IMG/VR virus record: IMGVR_UViG_3300025164_000635
Coordinates: 31,305 to 95,304 of that record
DNA: 64,000 nucleotides
Strand: one strand, 5' to 3'
Source of the DNA: a virus
Both the position numbers and the translations under genes were made by a program. The notes under the pieces are model-generated. The model did no database searches. It saw only the letters and a list, made by a program, of their open reading frames with translations, and was not told the DNA's origin. Shown piece by piece: positions 1 to 9,516 of this stretch. Every line of letters begins with the position of its first letter. The stretch's first letter is position 1.

Positions 1-1761
1 GATGCCTCGCTCAGAACGAGGAGCTCCTTCCATGCGGAACGGGGAGATGATGTTCCGACCCGTTTCAGGGGCCGCCGAGAGCATGTAGTCCCGGCGTGCA
101 GCCATCGACACCCGTTTGCGGATCTTGGCAATCTGCTCCAGCAGAAGACCCGCTCTGATTCTTCCCGGCGTAGAAACATGGCCGGGAAGAGCCTTGTTGA
201 GTTGCTCAATGTCATAGCCCAAGCTTGGATCACGTCCACGTGCCACCAGGCCGCCCGACTTCTCGTACCATCTCTGGACGGTCATCGGGTCGCCAGACTC
301 GCGTTCCTGACCTACTTGGTTGATCTTCACAGCCAACTGGTTCAGGGCTTCTCCGGCCGCGGTCGACGTCTCGCCAAAGACAGGCCCGACTCTGGGCATC
401 CCTTCCATGAGCTTGCGGCGTCTCTCGTTCACGAGACGCATGGCCGCCCGGGGAGTCATCCCCTCTCCAATGGATTTACGCCACACGTGCATCAACTCCG
501 AGAAGATCTCGGGCTGGACGGGCCTCATGCCGGCTTCAAACTGGACGGGCGTGACAAGCACATCATCGATCGTCGGCTGGCCACGGAACTCACCCAATCG
601 CCCTTCCTGGACGACCGGCATCTCCCCCGTTTCCTTCTCGGAGGCAATGTCGGGCAGAATGAAGCGGCCGCCCTGGGTGAGAATGGACTTGGCTCCCAGA
701 ATCTCTTTGACGCGGCCGTAGGCCACACGTGCAAAGCCCAGAGGGGATGTTTCGGCAACTGGCTCGGTTGGCTTTTCGGCAGCCCTCTGCGGGAGACGGG
801 TCGGATCAAAGCTACTGACCCCGATCTCTTGCATATGAGATTGAAGCTCTTTGATAGCCTCTTCTTCCGAGAAGTCTCCCTTCCGGGCGCCCTTCGCCAG
901 CATGCCGGCGATCTCGTACAGCGCCCGCATATCTCGCCGCCAAGCAAACGGGATGACAGGCGAGCCGGGTTCGCCAGTGCCTCTCTCGAACTCACTCAGT
1001 CGATGGGGGTGAAATCCAGTCCACTTCTCAATGAGACCTGCCTCATCAGAGGCGGCACGGATGGGGGTATAGAGAGTGCCGCCGGGCTGAAACTCTTTGG
1101 CCTCGGCCACAGGCCGCTCAGAATAGGTGATGTTCTTAACCGGTACTAGCTCCGAGGAAAGATGAGGGATTTCCTCGACGTTCTGACCCGTCATACGCCT
1201 CATGATCTGGCGGGCGTACTCAACCCGGTTCTCTTCGTTCAGGCCGTGCCAAGCGACGATGATGTCTGTCGCAATGGTCTTGGGAGCAAAGAACAGGCTG
1301 GCCTTTGCTCCTGGGGCAAGGCTTTCTCGGAGTGCGTGGGCATACATTTGGGGCTGGAGAAAATAGCCCTCTTCCTTCGGGGTGCCGGTGTATTTCTCAG
1401 GCTGGAAGTGGACCTTCTCGGTGGGCGTGGAGACCTTAACGTCTGAGACGTTGATGATCTTATCGCCACCGTTCCAGAGCACGACGTCAGGCCGTCCCTT
1501 ATAGGGAATATCGTAAGCTCTGCCGGTCAGCCCCTTGATCTGAGTGGAGATACGCGCAACGCCCGTCCCGGAAAGAGTCTCAGGATGGGCTTTTACGAAG
1601 GGGATCAGTGTGTCTGAGACAAACTGATCGAACTCTTCACCGTGCTTGATGTCTTCAGATGACCAGAAACCCTGCTTGGGATCGCTGGAGAGGTAGGGCC
1701 AGCCTTTAGCGGAATAAGCGGCCGCGCTCGGTCTGACTTCGGGACGATCAGGAGGAGGCAT
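1..1761 (-). CDS. Large virion protein at the tape-measure position (partial, >=587 aa, runs off window) with N-terminal PD-(D/E)xK nuclease-like domain
   Basis: Manual translation from ATG 1761 (MPPPDRPEVRPS...) is stop-free to base 1. It follows the tail tube and two chaperone genes. Motifs GRPDVV (D92), SDVK (D107/K109) and LQPQMYAHAL (Q136xxxY140). Confidence 0.75.
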   Translation of the reverse strand, partial: MPPPDRPEVRPSAAAYSAKGWPYLSSDPKQGFWSSEDIKHGEEFDQFVSDTLIPFVKAHPETLSGTGVARISTQIKGLTGRAYDIPYKGRPDVVLWNGGDKIINVSDVKVSTPTEKVHFQPEKYTGTPKEEGYFLQPQMYAHALRESLAPGAKASLFFAPKTIATDIIVAWHGLNEENRVEYARQIMRRMTGQNVEEIPHLSSELVPVKNITYSERPVAEAKEFQPGGTLYTPIRAASDEAGLIEKWTGFHPHRLSEFERGTGEPGSPVIPFAWRRDMRALYEIAGMLAKGARKGDFSEEEAIKELQSHMQEIGVSSFDPTRLPQRAAEKPTEPVAETSPLGFARVAYGRVKEILGAKSILTQGGRFILPDIASEKETGEMPVVQEGRLGEFRGQPTIDDVLVTPVQFEAGMRPVQPEIFSELMHVWRKSIGEGMTPRAAMRLVNERRRKLMEGMPRVGPVFGETSTAAGEALNQLAVKINQVGQERESGDPMTVQRWYEKSGGLVARGRDPSLGYDIEQLNKALPGHVSTPGRIRAGLLLEQIAKIRKRVSMAARRDYMLSAAPETGRNIISPFRMEGAPRSERGI

Positions 1762-1763
1762 CG

Positions 1764-2126
1764 CTAGGTCCGGTTGAAGAGGTTTTGAAGATCATTCTTG
1801 CCGTTCCCTTGTTGGAACTTCTGCTCCAGGACTTGATCCATCCACTCTCGGAAGTCGGACTCGCCCGAGGCGCACGCCTCGAACTCGTTCATCAGGATGT
1901 GTGGCTGTGAGGCAACACCACCTGGCCACCACAGGCTGTTCCAGGTTCGGCACTTGCGATAGAGCCAGTAGACCTCTGGCATCTTCTGAACTCCCTCCGG
2001 GAAGAGGGCTGACTCAGGCACCATGGAGAAGGTGTTGCCGAACTTGAGGCGTTCGGCTTGGTAATACTCGTACTTGAGTGCACCCGCTACCGCCTCCTGA
2101 ATCTGGCGATAGTGGGCGCTCATCAT
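1764..2126 (-). CDS. Putative second tail assembly chaperone
   Basis: ATGA overlap with upstream stop at 2123-2126. Lies between chaperone and tape-measure slot; WWPGGVASQP-type motif. Confidence 0.55.
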   Translation of the reverse strand: MMSAHYRQIQEAVAGALKYEYYQAERLKFGNTFSMVPESALFPEGVQKMPEVYWLYRKCRTWNSLWWPGGVASQPHILMNEFEACASGESDFREWMDQVLEQKFQQGNGKNDLQNLFNRT

Positions 2127-2599
2127 TTTGCTTGCTGCCAGTCCCAGTCTGGATTGAACTGACGAACCGCCCGATGGATGGTCTGGGCAACCAACGGGTG
2201 GAGCTTGCCCCATATCGAGGTGAACTCCTCCCACTTCATGATGTTGGCCGGCATCTTGGGGAAGACCGGCTTTCCGTTGCGTTCCAGGTTGCCCACGTCT
2301 TGCAGAGTCCAGTAGGCTTCGTGCTGGATCCGCTCACGCCAGTTATCATCAATCACTTCAGACACGGCCAATCCGCTTTCGTCGGCCCCGGTGTATCGTA
2401 CCTCTCGTTTCGACTGCAAATCCGTTCTCCGGATCTGATCTTCTTCGGTCGCCTGCCGGACAACGACCCACACCCGTTTGGCGTCCCGTTCCTCGTCAGG
2501 AAGGCCGTCCAACTGTTGGTCTTCCAGGGACTTGAAAGCTGGCGAGATGTCGGCCAATTTGATCGGCTCACTGATGGTCGGATAGAGTGCGAGATCCAT
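2123..2599 (-). CDS. Putative tail assembly chaperone
   Basis: 158 aa directly downstream of tail tube, with AGGAG RBS. Confidence 0.6.
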   Translation of the reverse strand: MDLALYPTISEPIKLADISPAFKSLEDQQLDGLPDEERDAKRVWVVVRQATEEDQIRRTDLQSKREVRYTGADESGLAVSEVIDDNWRERIQHEAYWTLQDVGNLERNGKPVFPKMPANIMKWEEFTSIWGKLHPLVAQTIHRAVRQFNPDWDWQQAK

Positions 2600-2612
2600 G
2601 GTATCTCCTGGT

Positions 2613-2638
2613 GGGTAGGGGGATTGCTCCCCCTACCC
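2613..2638 (-). other. Intergenic 11-bp hairpin with GCAA (GNRA) loop after tail tube gene
   Basis: GGGTAGGGGGA-ttgc-TCCCCCTACCC on + strand; no U-tract. Confidence 0.5.
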
Positions 2639-2645
2639 GGCTCGA

Positions 2646-3992
2646 TTAGCTGGTCGGTATGGCATACGCTGCGCTGACGGTATTCTGGAAGCGCACCTCG
2701 GCGTAAGGGGGGCTCACCGGCTTCTGGACGGTGCCGAGAAGAGTGATGATCACTGGCTGTCCAGCCGTGAACGGCAGAGCACCCTGCAACGCCCAGGACA
2801 CATTCCCCTGGGTGGTGCGAACATTCAGGGCGAACTGCCGTGCGCCCGATAGGTAAGTCAGGGGACTGTAAGCCCGGAAGTCCACGTCTCCCGTGAAGGG
2901 AGAGGCCGAGAATCGCTTCCCGGTCGTCGAGTTGGTGATCAGAGCCCGATATAGATCGTAGTTGCTGATCAGGGCTGTCGCCCGGAACGTGATCTGGCGT
3001 GTGATGTTCGGGAAGTCTAGAGGACTGTACTCCCCGATGATCATGGCCTGCTCGACCGGCAGCAGAGAGTTCGTGATGGTCACCGTCAGACCCGAACACT
3101 GCAACTGCTCGCCCTCAATGATGACCTGCGACTTCGGATCGGCTGCGATTGAAAACGCATCGTCGGAGTCGTAAGCATCGGTGAGCCAGTTGATGTTCAC
3201 ACTATGGCCAGCGCCGGCGATCTCGGTTGTCAGGGCCTCGGCCACCGTGATCTTGGCCGTCGTCGCCGTGACGACGGTGAACGTGCCATTGTTACCCGCT
3301 TCCGTGAAGCCCGACGTGACGATGGAGTCGCCCGGCTCGAAGCGCTGGAAACCGGATGCCGAGTCGTTGAAGCTGTCGTCTGTGGCACTCACAGAGATCG
3401 TGGCCGCCGTGTAGCGTTTCGGGACGAACAGGTCTTCGTCTTCCGGCGAGCGTGCCATCAAGTCCATGGTGGCCGAGAGCACGCCCATCGACGGCAGGTT
3501 GAGCTCTAGGCTGCCGATACGAGCGTCCTGCATCTGCTCGCCCAGAGCATCTACGCCCGTGGCCGTCACCCCTTCCAGGAAGCGCCGCACAGACATATAC
3601 GGCGTGTAGTTGGTCTGGGCCGAGTCGTGGGTGAAGGTGTGGATGTACGAGCCGGTCTCGGCTGAGTCGGCGCCGCCGCCGTCGATGTTGAAGGCGAAGT
3701 TGTCTGTGACAGTATCCTTGCCCATGGCCGCCAGGAGTATATGACCGATGTCATCCTGGAGACGAGGCAGGAAGGCGAGTTGGCCGGCTCCCCAGACACC
3801 GGTCTTGTACATACCGCGTGGCGTGATGTCCGAGCCCGCTTCTAGGGGTAGGTTCCGGGAAGGCTGTGTGGGGCCGAACGGCGCTGCGGTAAAGGGAAAC
3901 TTTCGCCAGGCGGGTGTCGCACTCATGAGGTTGTGGTCCCTCTGAATGGCAAGACCGAACTGGGATGCTGCTGCGATGTGAATTTGTCCCAT
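2646..3992 (-). CDS. Major tail tube protein with inserted accessory beta domain
   Basis: 448 aa, beta-rich; GHILLAAMG / YIHTFT / ITNSL / RQITF pattern typical of tube proteins; synteny. Confidence 0.75.
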   Translation of the reverse strand: MGQIHIAAASQFGLAIQRDHNLMSATPAWRKFPFTAAPFGPTQPSRNLPLEAGSDITPRGMYKTGVWGAGQLAFLPRLQDDIGHILLAAMGKDTVTDNFAFNIDGGGADSAETGSYIHTFTHDSAQTNYTPYMSVRRFLEGVTATGVDALGEQMQDARIGSLELNLPSMGVLSATMDLMARSPEDEDLFVPKRYTAATISVSATDDSFNDSASGFQRFEPGDSIVTSGFTEAGNNGTFTVVTATTAKITVAEALTTEIAGAGHSVNINWLTDAYDSDDAFSIAADPKSQVIIEGEQLQCSGLTVTITNSLLPVEQAMIIGEYSPLDFPNITRQITFRATALISNYDLYRALITNSTTGKRFSASPFTGDVDFRAYSPLTYLSGARQFALNVRTTQGNVSWALQGALPFTAGQPVIITLLGTVQKPVSPPYAEVRFQNTVSAAYAIPTS

Positions 3993-4024
3993 TGGGATTC
4001 TCCTGTTGACGACTTAGGTTGCGA

Positions 4025-4594
4025 TCACGACAAGGGGATGCCGGTGGGATAAGGCTTTGGCCCAGTCGTGGTGAGCGCAGACCAGCGAAGGAAGAAGCGG
4101 GTGGTATTCGCCGTCTTCGCTCCAGAGTCGTACTCCACCACACCTGCGACCAGGAAGAGGTGTACTCTCTCCCCGTACTCATCCACCAAGTCCCGTATAT
4201 CCATATTTCTGAGAGCAAACTTAGCACGCGCCAGTGCTTCCTGGATCACGGCGTCCGCCTCAACGGGGTCCTCACGAGATCGGGTGAGGAGCCCGACCGC
4301 CTCGACGACCCCCCGGATGAACTCGGAGGTATCACCGCCGATTATGGCCGGTGGCATGTGGAGACCGAGCGTGTTGGCCCTCCGGTCTGCCAGTGTGCCG
4401 TCCGTCCAGGCTGTATCCAGGATGGGATCGAAGTTGAGCAACACGAGTGCGATCCGATCCTTTCCAGGATTTCCCTGCGTTCTGAGGTATACCCCGTCCA
4501 CCCGCGTCGTATTGTTAGCCGACAGGTCGGTCATGCAGACCTTTTTCAGGGTGTCCAGGATTCGCACATTCAGCAGGTGCTTGATGGCCGACAT
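4025..4594 (-). CDS. Putative tail terminator / tail completion protein
   Basis: 189 aa between adaptor and tail tube; synteny only. Confidence 0.5.
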   Translation of the reverse strand: MSAIKHLLNVRILDTLKKVCMTDLSANNTTRVDGVYLRTQGNPGKDRIALVLLNFDPILDTAWTDGTLADRRANTLGLHMPPAIIGGDTSEFIRGVVEAVGLLTRSREDPVEADAVIQEALARAKFALRNMDIRDLVDEYGERVHLFLVAGVVEYDSGAKTANTTRFFLRWSALTTTGPKPYPTGIPLS

Positions 4595-4597
4595 ACC

Positions 4598-5263
4598 CTA
4601 CCTCGTCTGAGGAGGATGGAGTGCGATCAGGTTCTTATACCAGTTCCACATCTCGCGGGCCTGGGCCGCCCGTGAGTTGTCCACAGGCGTCCCGGAGTCA
4701 AGCTTGATGTTGTACTCTCGATTCATGGACGAGGCGACCGCCTGCGGCTGCAGGATGAACGCCCCGGCCAGGAAGGAAAGCGGGTGCTCGGCCCACATGG
4801 GAATGTAGATCTCAGGCTGCACCACGAGAACATTCCCATCCCCGTCCAGGCGATACTCTATCGCTGGCCAGGTAGCGTAGTAGTGCAGAACCAGTTCCCG
4901 ATTGCTCGATGGCGTCTCCAGGTGTAGAACATTTCCCCACACCCAGAAGGCCAACTCCTGATCGGTCTCGCTTCGGTAACCGTCTTCTTGGAAGCGTCTC
5001 TTTGCCCATATCTTCGAGTTGGCGGGATCGTAGATCATGCCCATCTCGAAGAAGTCGACGGGTAGGTCGGCCAGCCGGCCTCCTTCCCGGATAACCAGGC
5101 TTTGCTCTCGTTCGCGGGCGGTATGGGCGCAGAAAGCATCCTGCGCCCAGTTCCAGGCCGCAATCCTCATTGGAGTGACGTGTTGCGGCGTGACATCGGT
5201 CACAGTCACGTCATCCAGGAAGTAACTGAGCTTATCGTTGATCGTGCCCCAGGTCGTGCTCAT
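4598..5263 (-). CDS. Putative head-tail adaptor
   Basis: 221 aa right after capsid; N.AQ..F / LP.DF / L.YYA pattern of phage adaptor proteins. Confidence 0.6.
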   Translation of the reverse strand: MSTTWGTINDKLSYFLDDVTVTDVTPQHVTPMRIAAWNWAQDAFCAHTAREREQSLVIREGGRLADLPVDFFEMGMIYDPANSKIWAKRRFQEDGYRSETDQELAFWVWGNVLHLETPSSNRELVLHYYATWPAIEYRLDGDGNVLVVQPEIYIPMWAEHPLSFLAGAFILQPQAVASSMNREYNIKLDSGTPVDNSRAAQAREMWNWYKNLIALHPPQTR

Positions 5264-5267
5264 GAAA

Positions 5268-6692
5268 TTACTGGATGCTCACTGCACCACGATTGGCGAA
5301 TGACCCTTCACAGAAGAGGACCTCGTACACGTCCGGGTTCTGCTGATTCATTTCGCCGCGCTCCTGCCAGGTGACGCGCTCGATCGAGGGGAAGTCGGCG
5401 TTCTCGTCCGTTGGACGATTCCAAACGATCTTCTCGCGTCCTGCCCAGACCACCATCCCACGAGCGCCGACTGCGTACACGGGGTACACATGCTGCGCCT
5501 TGGTGACGTAGCCGTACACGCCCGCGGTGACCGCCTCGTTGAACTCTTCGGTGATCGGATAGCGGAACACCAGTCGATTATTGGTTGTATCCACAGCCTG
5601 AACTTCCATGATGATCGTCTTGCCGTCCAGGAAGTTCACGCCGTTCGTGATTCCCCAATCACTGGTTCGGGACGCATGCAGCGCCACGAAGTCACCGACC
5701 GCAAAGTCACCATCTGAGAAGTCGGAACACTGGACGTAGTGGGTGACGGCTGTGCCGCCCTGACCGGTGAGCCAGATGCCGTCGACCGAGCCGGTCTCGG
5801 GATCGGGGGCGCCATCGCCCCAGTTCACCGGGCTGGTGATGTTCACCTGTTTGTCGATCTTGCCGGCACACCACAAGGACATCCCGACCCCGTAGTCCTG
5901 GATCGTGATGTTGCGGTACTGGATGACCCCACCATTGATGATGCGCTGATCGTTCAACTGCCGTAGGTCAATCATCCAGTCACGCGCCGGTGAGTTCCAT
6001 AGATCCCAGTAAACTGAAGTCGGGACCGAGATCAGGACGTTGCTGCGGAAGTCCTGGCCGGGAACCGGGTTGGCGTAATCACCGTGTTGCTTCAGTGTAT
6101 CCTTGCTGCGGATCGCCATACGCAGCGACATCTCTTCCAGGTACTGGATGTCGAACTTGTACGTGCCCGACCTGTCCAGTGTCCCGAAGTCGTTGGCCGA
6201 TGACCAGACTGCGCCGTTGCCCAGGAACTTGTACATAGCGTTGTTGAGCACGGCATCTCGGGCGATCTTCTCGTGTACCTCAACGACATTGTTGAGAAGC
6301 TGCGCGTTCATGGCCGCCCGGATGAAGGCGTCCGTGTCGTTTCCGAAACGGGTGACCAACTCGTCGGCCTTGTCCCATTGCGCCTTGCCGCCGTAGCGGA
6401 ACCGGGAACGCAGGCGCCGCTCACGGGTGTCAACGTAGATACCAGACGTGTAGCGCTGGTACCAGCCAATCGGGTTGTGATTGGCGTGCGATGGGATCAG
6501 CTCACGACCCGTGTAGAAGAAGTTGTTCAGGCCGACCCCTACGGGAACCTGGACGTAATCCGCCCAGGGTGTGAACATCACGTCGGCTTGGTGGAACCGC
6601 GTGTCCACCGATGCGTCTCGTTCATCCCACGTACCACGGTTCCAGGCCGCCATGGGGTGAATGTCGAGATATTGTGCTAGTTCGAGTGCCAC
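5268..6692 (-). CDS. Major capsid protein
   Basis: 474 aa, GGAGG RBS, follows scaffold; RYGGKAQW, P.VYWDL, G.I.Y..I.I pattern consistent with HK97 fold plus insertion. Confidence 0.75.
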   Translation of the reverse strand: MALELAQYLDIHPMAAWNRGTWDERDASVDTRFHQADVMFTPWADYVQVPVGVGLNNFFYTGRELIPSHANHNPIGWYQRYTSGIYVDTRERRLRSRFRYGGKAQWDKADELVTRFGNDTDAFIRAAMNAQLLNNVVEVHEKIARDAVLNNAMYKFLGNGAVWSSANDFGTLDRSGTYKFDIQYLEEMSLRMAIRSKDTLKQHGDYANPVPGQDFRSNVLISVPTSVYWDLWNSPARDWMIDLRQLNDQRIINGGVIQYRNITIQDYGVGMSLWCAGKIDKQVNITSPVNWGDGAPDPETGSVDGIWLTGQGGTAVTHYVQCSDFSDGDFAVGDFVALHASRTSDWGITNGVNFLDGKTIIMEVQAVDTTNNRLVFRYPITEEFNEAVTAGVYGYVTKAQHVYPVYAVGARGMVVWAGREKIVWNRPTDENADFPSIERVTWQERGEMNQQNPDVYEVLFCEGSFANRGAVSIQ

Positions 6693-6713
6693 TGTGGCCT
6701 CCTAAGTTTGAGA

Positions 6714-7499
6714 TTACTGCTTGCCGACCAATGCAGTCCTTTTGAGCTCCCAATTCTTTCTCTCTTCTTCCTGGAGTGCCTTGTCTTTCATGCCGCCTGC
6801 AATCCAGGACTCGTGCGCGGCCATCGCCTTCTGGTGATAGAACTCCGGTGTCCCCTCTCCAACGGATTGCTCGGGAGGAGGGGGAACGGTGCCGGGAAGA
6901 ACGACCGAGGGAGACACCTGCTGCAGAGTGGCCGCAAGGGCCACGGCCTTCGTCTCAAGTTCCTCGGCGGTCATCTTGGAGTTCATGATCAAGTCGAGGA
7001 TCGGATTCGATTCCGTTCCATCCTCGGCCTTCACTGTGGCGGACAGAAGTTTTGGGTGCTTCATCAGGACAGCTTGGCGAGCAACCTGCCCTTGCAGTTG
7101 GGCTATCTGTGCGTTTGCGGCTTCCAGAGCTTGCTGTGTGGTGACCAGAGTGGCCGCCTGGGCACGCACGGCCTCCAGGTCGGTAGTTATTCGGGCAATC
7201 TGGTCATCTCGGGCACGAACCTCCATCTGGCCCGCTTCGATCTGGCCAGTCATCTTCCTCCAGCGTTCCTGGGCAGCGCCGATGACACCGTCGTACTTGG
7301 CACGCCAGTATTCAGGGGAAGTATCACCAGGCTCAGTCTCACCGGCCTGTCTCAACTGTCGGGACGAGGCAAAGGGAGGCGGTTCCGCCTGACCAAAGAC
7401 TTGTGGCTGAGGGGCAGGCACTGCGGGCGGCGGCGCGGCCGGTGTAGCAGGCAGCGTGGTCACTCCAGGGTCTGTTGCAGTCGTTCCATCGGGTGGCAT
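6714..7499 (-). CDS. Capsid scaffolding protein
   Basis: Pro-rich N-terminus and coiled coil, immediately upstream of capsid gene. Confidence 0.65.
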   Translation of the reverse strand: MPPDGTTATDPGVTTLPATPAAPPPAVPAPQPQVFGQAEPPPFASSRQLRQAGETEPGDTSPEYWRAKYDGVIGAAQERWRKMTGQIEAGQMEVRARDDQIARITTDLEAVRAQAATLVTTQQALEAANAQIAQLQGQVARQAVLMKHPKLLSATVKAEDGTESNPILDLIMNSKMTAEELETKAVALAATLQQVSPSVVLPGTVPPPPEQSVGEGTPEFYHQKAMAAHESWIAGGMKDKALQEEERKNWELKRTALVGKQ

Positions 7500-7521
7500 T
7501 TCTCAAGCTCCTTGATGTGGA

Positions 7522-8067
7522 TTAGTCCTCAAAGTAGCTGAGAACTTTCAGGTACAGCCGGCTCTTCCCGGCTGTGTAGACTTTGGTGGCCGCGCCGGCG
7601 AAATACACGATCAGTTCTTGCGGGGTCGCGTAAATCTTGGGCGGGATGGGTGTGGCCGCGGCTGCGAGATCCACGAAGCCAGCCGCAGCCGTGATGTCGG
7701 CGTCGGCCAGAAGTGCATCTGAGCCGAGAAAGACGCCGTCGATCTCTTCGCTGGCCGCGTCGTTGACCCAGGCGGTCACTGTTTCCAGGTAGCCGCCGAG
7801 AAGACGCAGCTTCTTGGGTAGCTCACCTAGGCTGACTTTCGTTCCGGCGCCGCCGCTGACGCCACCGGTACCCGTGCAGGCCGGCAGGTCGTTGAAGTCG
7901 AACTCGGCGCTGATGTAGTATTCCATCAGATGCTTCCCGGAATACTCATCGCGTGTTCGCTCAACCTGGACCCAAGCTGTCTGGGGCCGCTCCGGTGTTG
8001 AGACCGGGATCAGGCCCGTGTCAACGGTACCGCGCTTAGGAACTAACAGAGTCGTTGGAGTAGGCAT
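7522..8067 (-). CDS. Putative capsid decoration / minor structural protein
   Basis: 181 aa beta-rich; LGELP...TAW...AGK..L.L pattern; structural cluster. Confidence 0.45.
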   Translation of the reverse strand: MPTPTTLLVPKRGTVDTGLIPVSTPERPQTAWVQVERTRDEYSGKHLMEYYISAEFDFNDLPACTGTGGVSGGAGTKVSLGELPKKLRLLGGYLETVTAWVNDAASEEIDGVFLGSDALLADADITAAAGFVDLAAAATPIPPKIYATPQELIVYFAGAATKVYTAGKSRLYLKVLSYFED

Positions 8068-8081
8068 GTTCTATAGCCTCC

Positions 8082-8687
8082 TTAGAGTGATGTATCCTTC
8101 ATGAGCGCGAACAGGACGGTGATGTCGATAATGGCAGCCGCCGTCTTGTCCGACAAAGTCGCCACAATCGTCCGCACGCGGTCGGTGGTCACGGGTGAAC
8201 CGGGCATCACCAACTGCTGCGCGCCGACCGCTTCGGTGATCGTGACAGTCTCGCCGGCAGCGTCATCGACCAGGGTGGCATCCACTATGATCTTGGAGGG
8301 CGTGGCCGAGACGACTACCTTCGTGCCGTTGTTGCTCACGTCTCCTGTGAAGCCCGCCACGACGATGGAGTCCCCCTGTGAAATCCAGGTCGGGAAGGCA
8401 GCCGCCGAATCGTTGTAGGAGTTATCGGTCTCAGCCGCCGAGATCGTGGCCGCGCTGTACTTCCTGGCGCCGACGACAGCGGCATTGACCAGTTCCGTTT
8501 CCGTCCCGCCCTTGTAGCCGACCTTGAGAGTGGCGTTCTCGGCCGGCGCGTCCTGCACGCCCAACAGCGTTCCGACCACCATGGCGTCCCGTGGTAGCTC
8601 AAAGAGTTCCACGTCGTCAACATCGGCATCGGTCACAGTAGCCGTCAGGCGTCTCAGCCCGGTATTAGCTTGAAATCGGGTTTTCAT
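8082..8687 (-). CDS. Putative structural protein sharing a ~70-aa domain with the tail tube
   Basis: YSAATISAAETDNSYNDS...GDSIVVAGFT..SNNGT aligns by eye with tail tube YTAATISVSATDDSFNDS...GDSIVTSGFT..GNNGT. Confidence 0.55.
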   Translation of the reverse strand: MKTRFQANTGLRRLTATVTDADVDDVELFELPRDAMVVGTLLGVQDAPAENATLKVGYKGGTETELVNAAVVGARKYSAATISAAETDNSYNDSAAAFPTWISQGDSIVVAGFTGDVSNNGTKVVVSATPSKIIVDATLVDDAAGETVTITEAVGAQQLVMPGSPVTTDRVRTIVATLSDKTAAAIIDITVLFALMKDTSL

Positions 8688-8928
8688 GCATTCGCCTCCT
8701 TCCGTTTCGCCGCGAAACGGATCGATTATCCACAGCAGACATCACAATTTGCCCACTATGGCCTAAGCCAAGCGTGTTTCGCCAGGCGACGTGAATCAAC
8801 GGAGTGCGAGTGATGACGCGAATGGTTTTCGTCGAGCCACACTTGCAAACGACCGGCGAAGAATCCTCCATCATCCTCTGTACCTCGAACACGTCCTGAC
8901 ACGCCTGACACTCGTAGTCGTACCTCAC
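8665..8928 (-). CDS. FmdB-family zinc-ribbon protein
   Basis: MRYDYECQACQDVFEV...CKCGS...RVI. Confidence 0.7.
   Translation of the reverse strand: MRYDYECQACQDVFEVQRMMEDSSPVVCKCGSTKTIRVITRTPLIHVAWRNTLGLGHSGQIVMSAVDNRSVSRRNGRRRMHENPISS
8703..8719. repeat. parS-like palindrome copy 1
   Basis: CGTTTCGCCGCGAAACG (extends to 21 bp, 8701-8721). Confidence 0.8.
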
Positions 8929-9278
8929 GTCAAATCTGTCCTTTCCCGGATCGGGGCTTCTGTCCTTGCCAATAGTCGCTGGTTTCGGGCAGGTCCCTGG
9001 AGAAATAGTTTGAATCGCCCGGTTCGGTTAGTGTGCTGTCCAAAACCGACCCGCACGGGCATGTCTCCATCCACCTCGTCATCCCATAGCTCGCCAGGCC
9101 CTTCTGCCCAGACCGAGAAGGTGGGTTGGTCGAGATGCCGGTCGATGACGTGATAGATGGCGCCTCCTGCCGAGGACTCATAGTCAAACTGAGCAGGTCG
9201 GCCATTCTTTTCCCATAAGCCGAAGACGAAATCGTATTCATCGTCACCGGACTTAATCTGGCGTGGTTCGTCAGCCAT
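8925..9278 (-). CDS. Hypothetical protein
   Basis: 117 aa ORF overlapping neighbours in the operon. Confidence 0.55.
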   Translation of the reverse strand: MADEPRQIKSGDDEYDFVFGLWEKNGRPAQFDYESSAGGAIYHVIDRHLDQPTFSVWAEGPGELWDDEVDGDMPVRVGFGQHTNRTGRFKLFLQGPARNQRLLARTEAPIRERTDLT

Positions 9279-9516
9279 TTTGCCTCATCTGGATCAGGGG
9301 CCCTGAGTGTGGCTGTCTCTTCTGCCGGATCTCGCCCAGAAATTGAGCACCTTCTGCAGTGGTGATCTTCTGAAAAGTCCGAAGGGTTTCGACCTGCCTC
9401 TTCAAGGAGTTCAGGTAGAGGCCGCGTTGAATGGGCGGGACCGCATTCACTTTCTTGAGGGCCTCCACGATGTCTTCTCGGCCCCTGACCAGTCCTGGAT
9501 AGAGAACCATGCTCAT
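9271..9516 (-). CDS. Hypothetical protein
   Basis: Start reassigned to ATG 9516 (ATGA overlap, GAGGAG RBS). Confidence 0.55.
   Translation of the reverse strand: MSMVLYPGLVRGREDIVEALKKVNAVPPIQRGLYLNSLKRQVETLRTFQKITTAEGAQFLGEIRQKRQPHSGPLIQMRQNG

Noticed and set aside
178-1446. Plus-strand ORFs 178-1149 and 1162-1446
   Set aside because: Antisense shadows of the continuous minus-strand ORF 1-1761
2123-2234. Programmed -1 frameshift between tail chaperone genes
   Set aside because: The frames overlap, but I see no XXXYYYZ slippery heptamer; an ATGA overlap explains coupling
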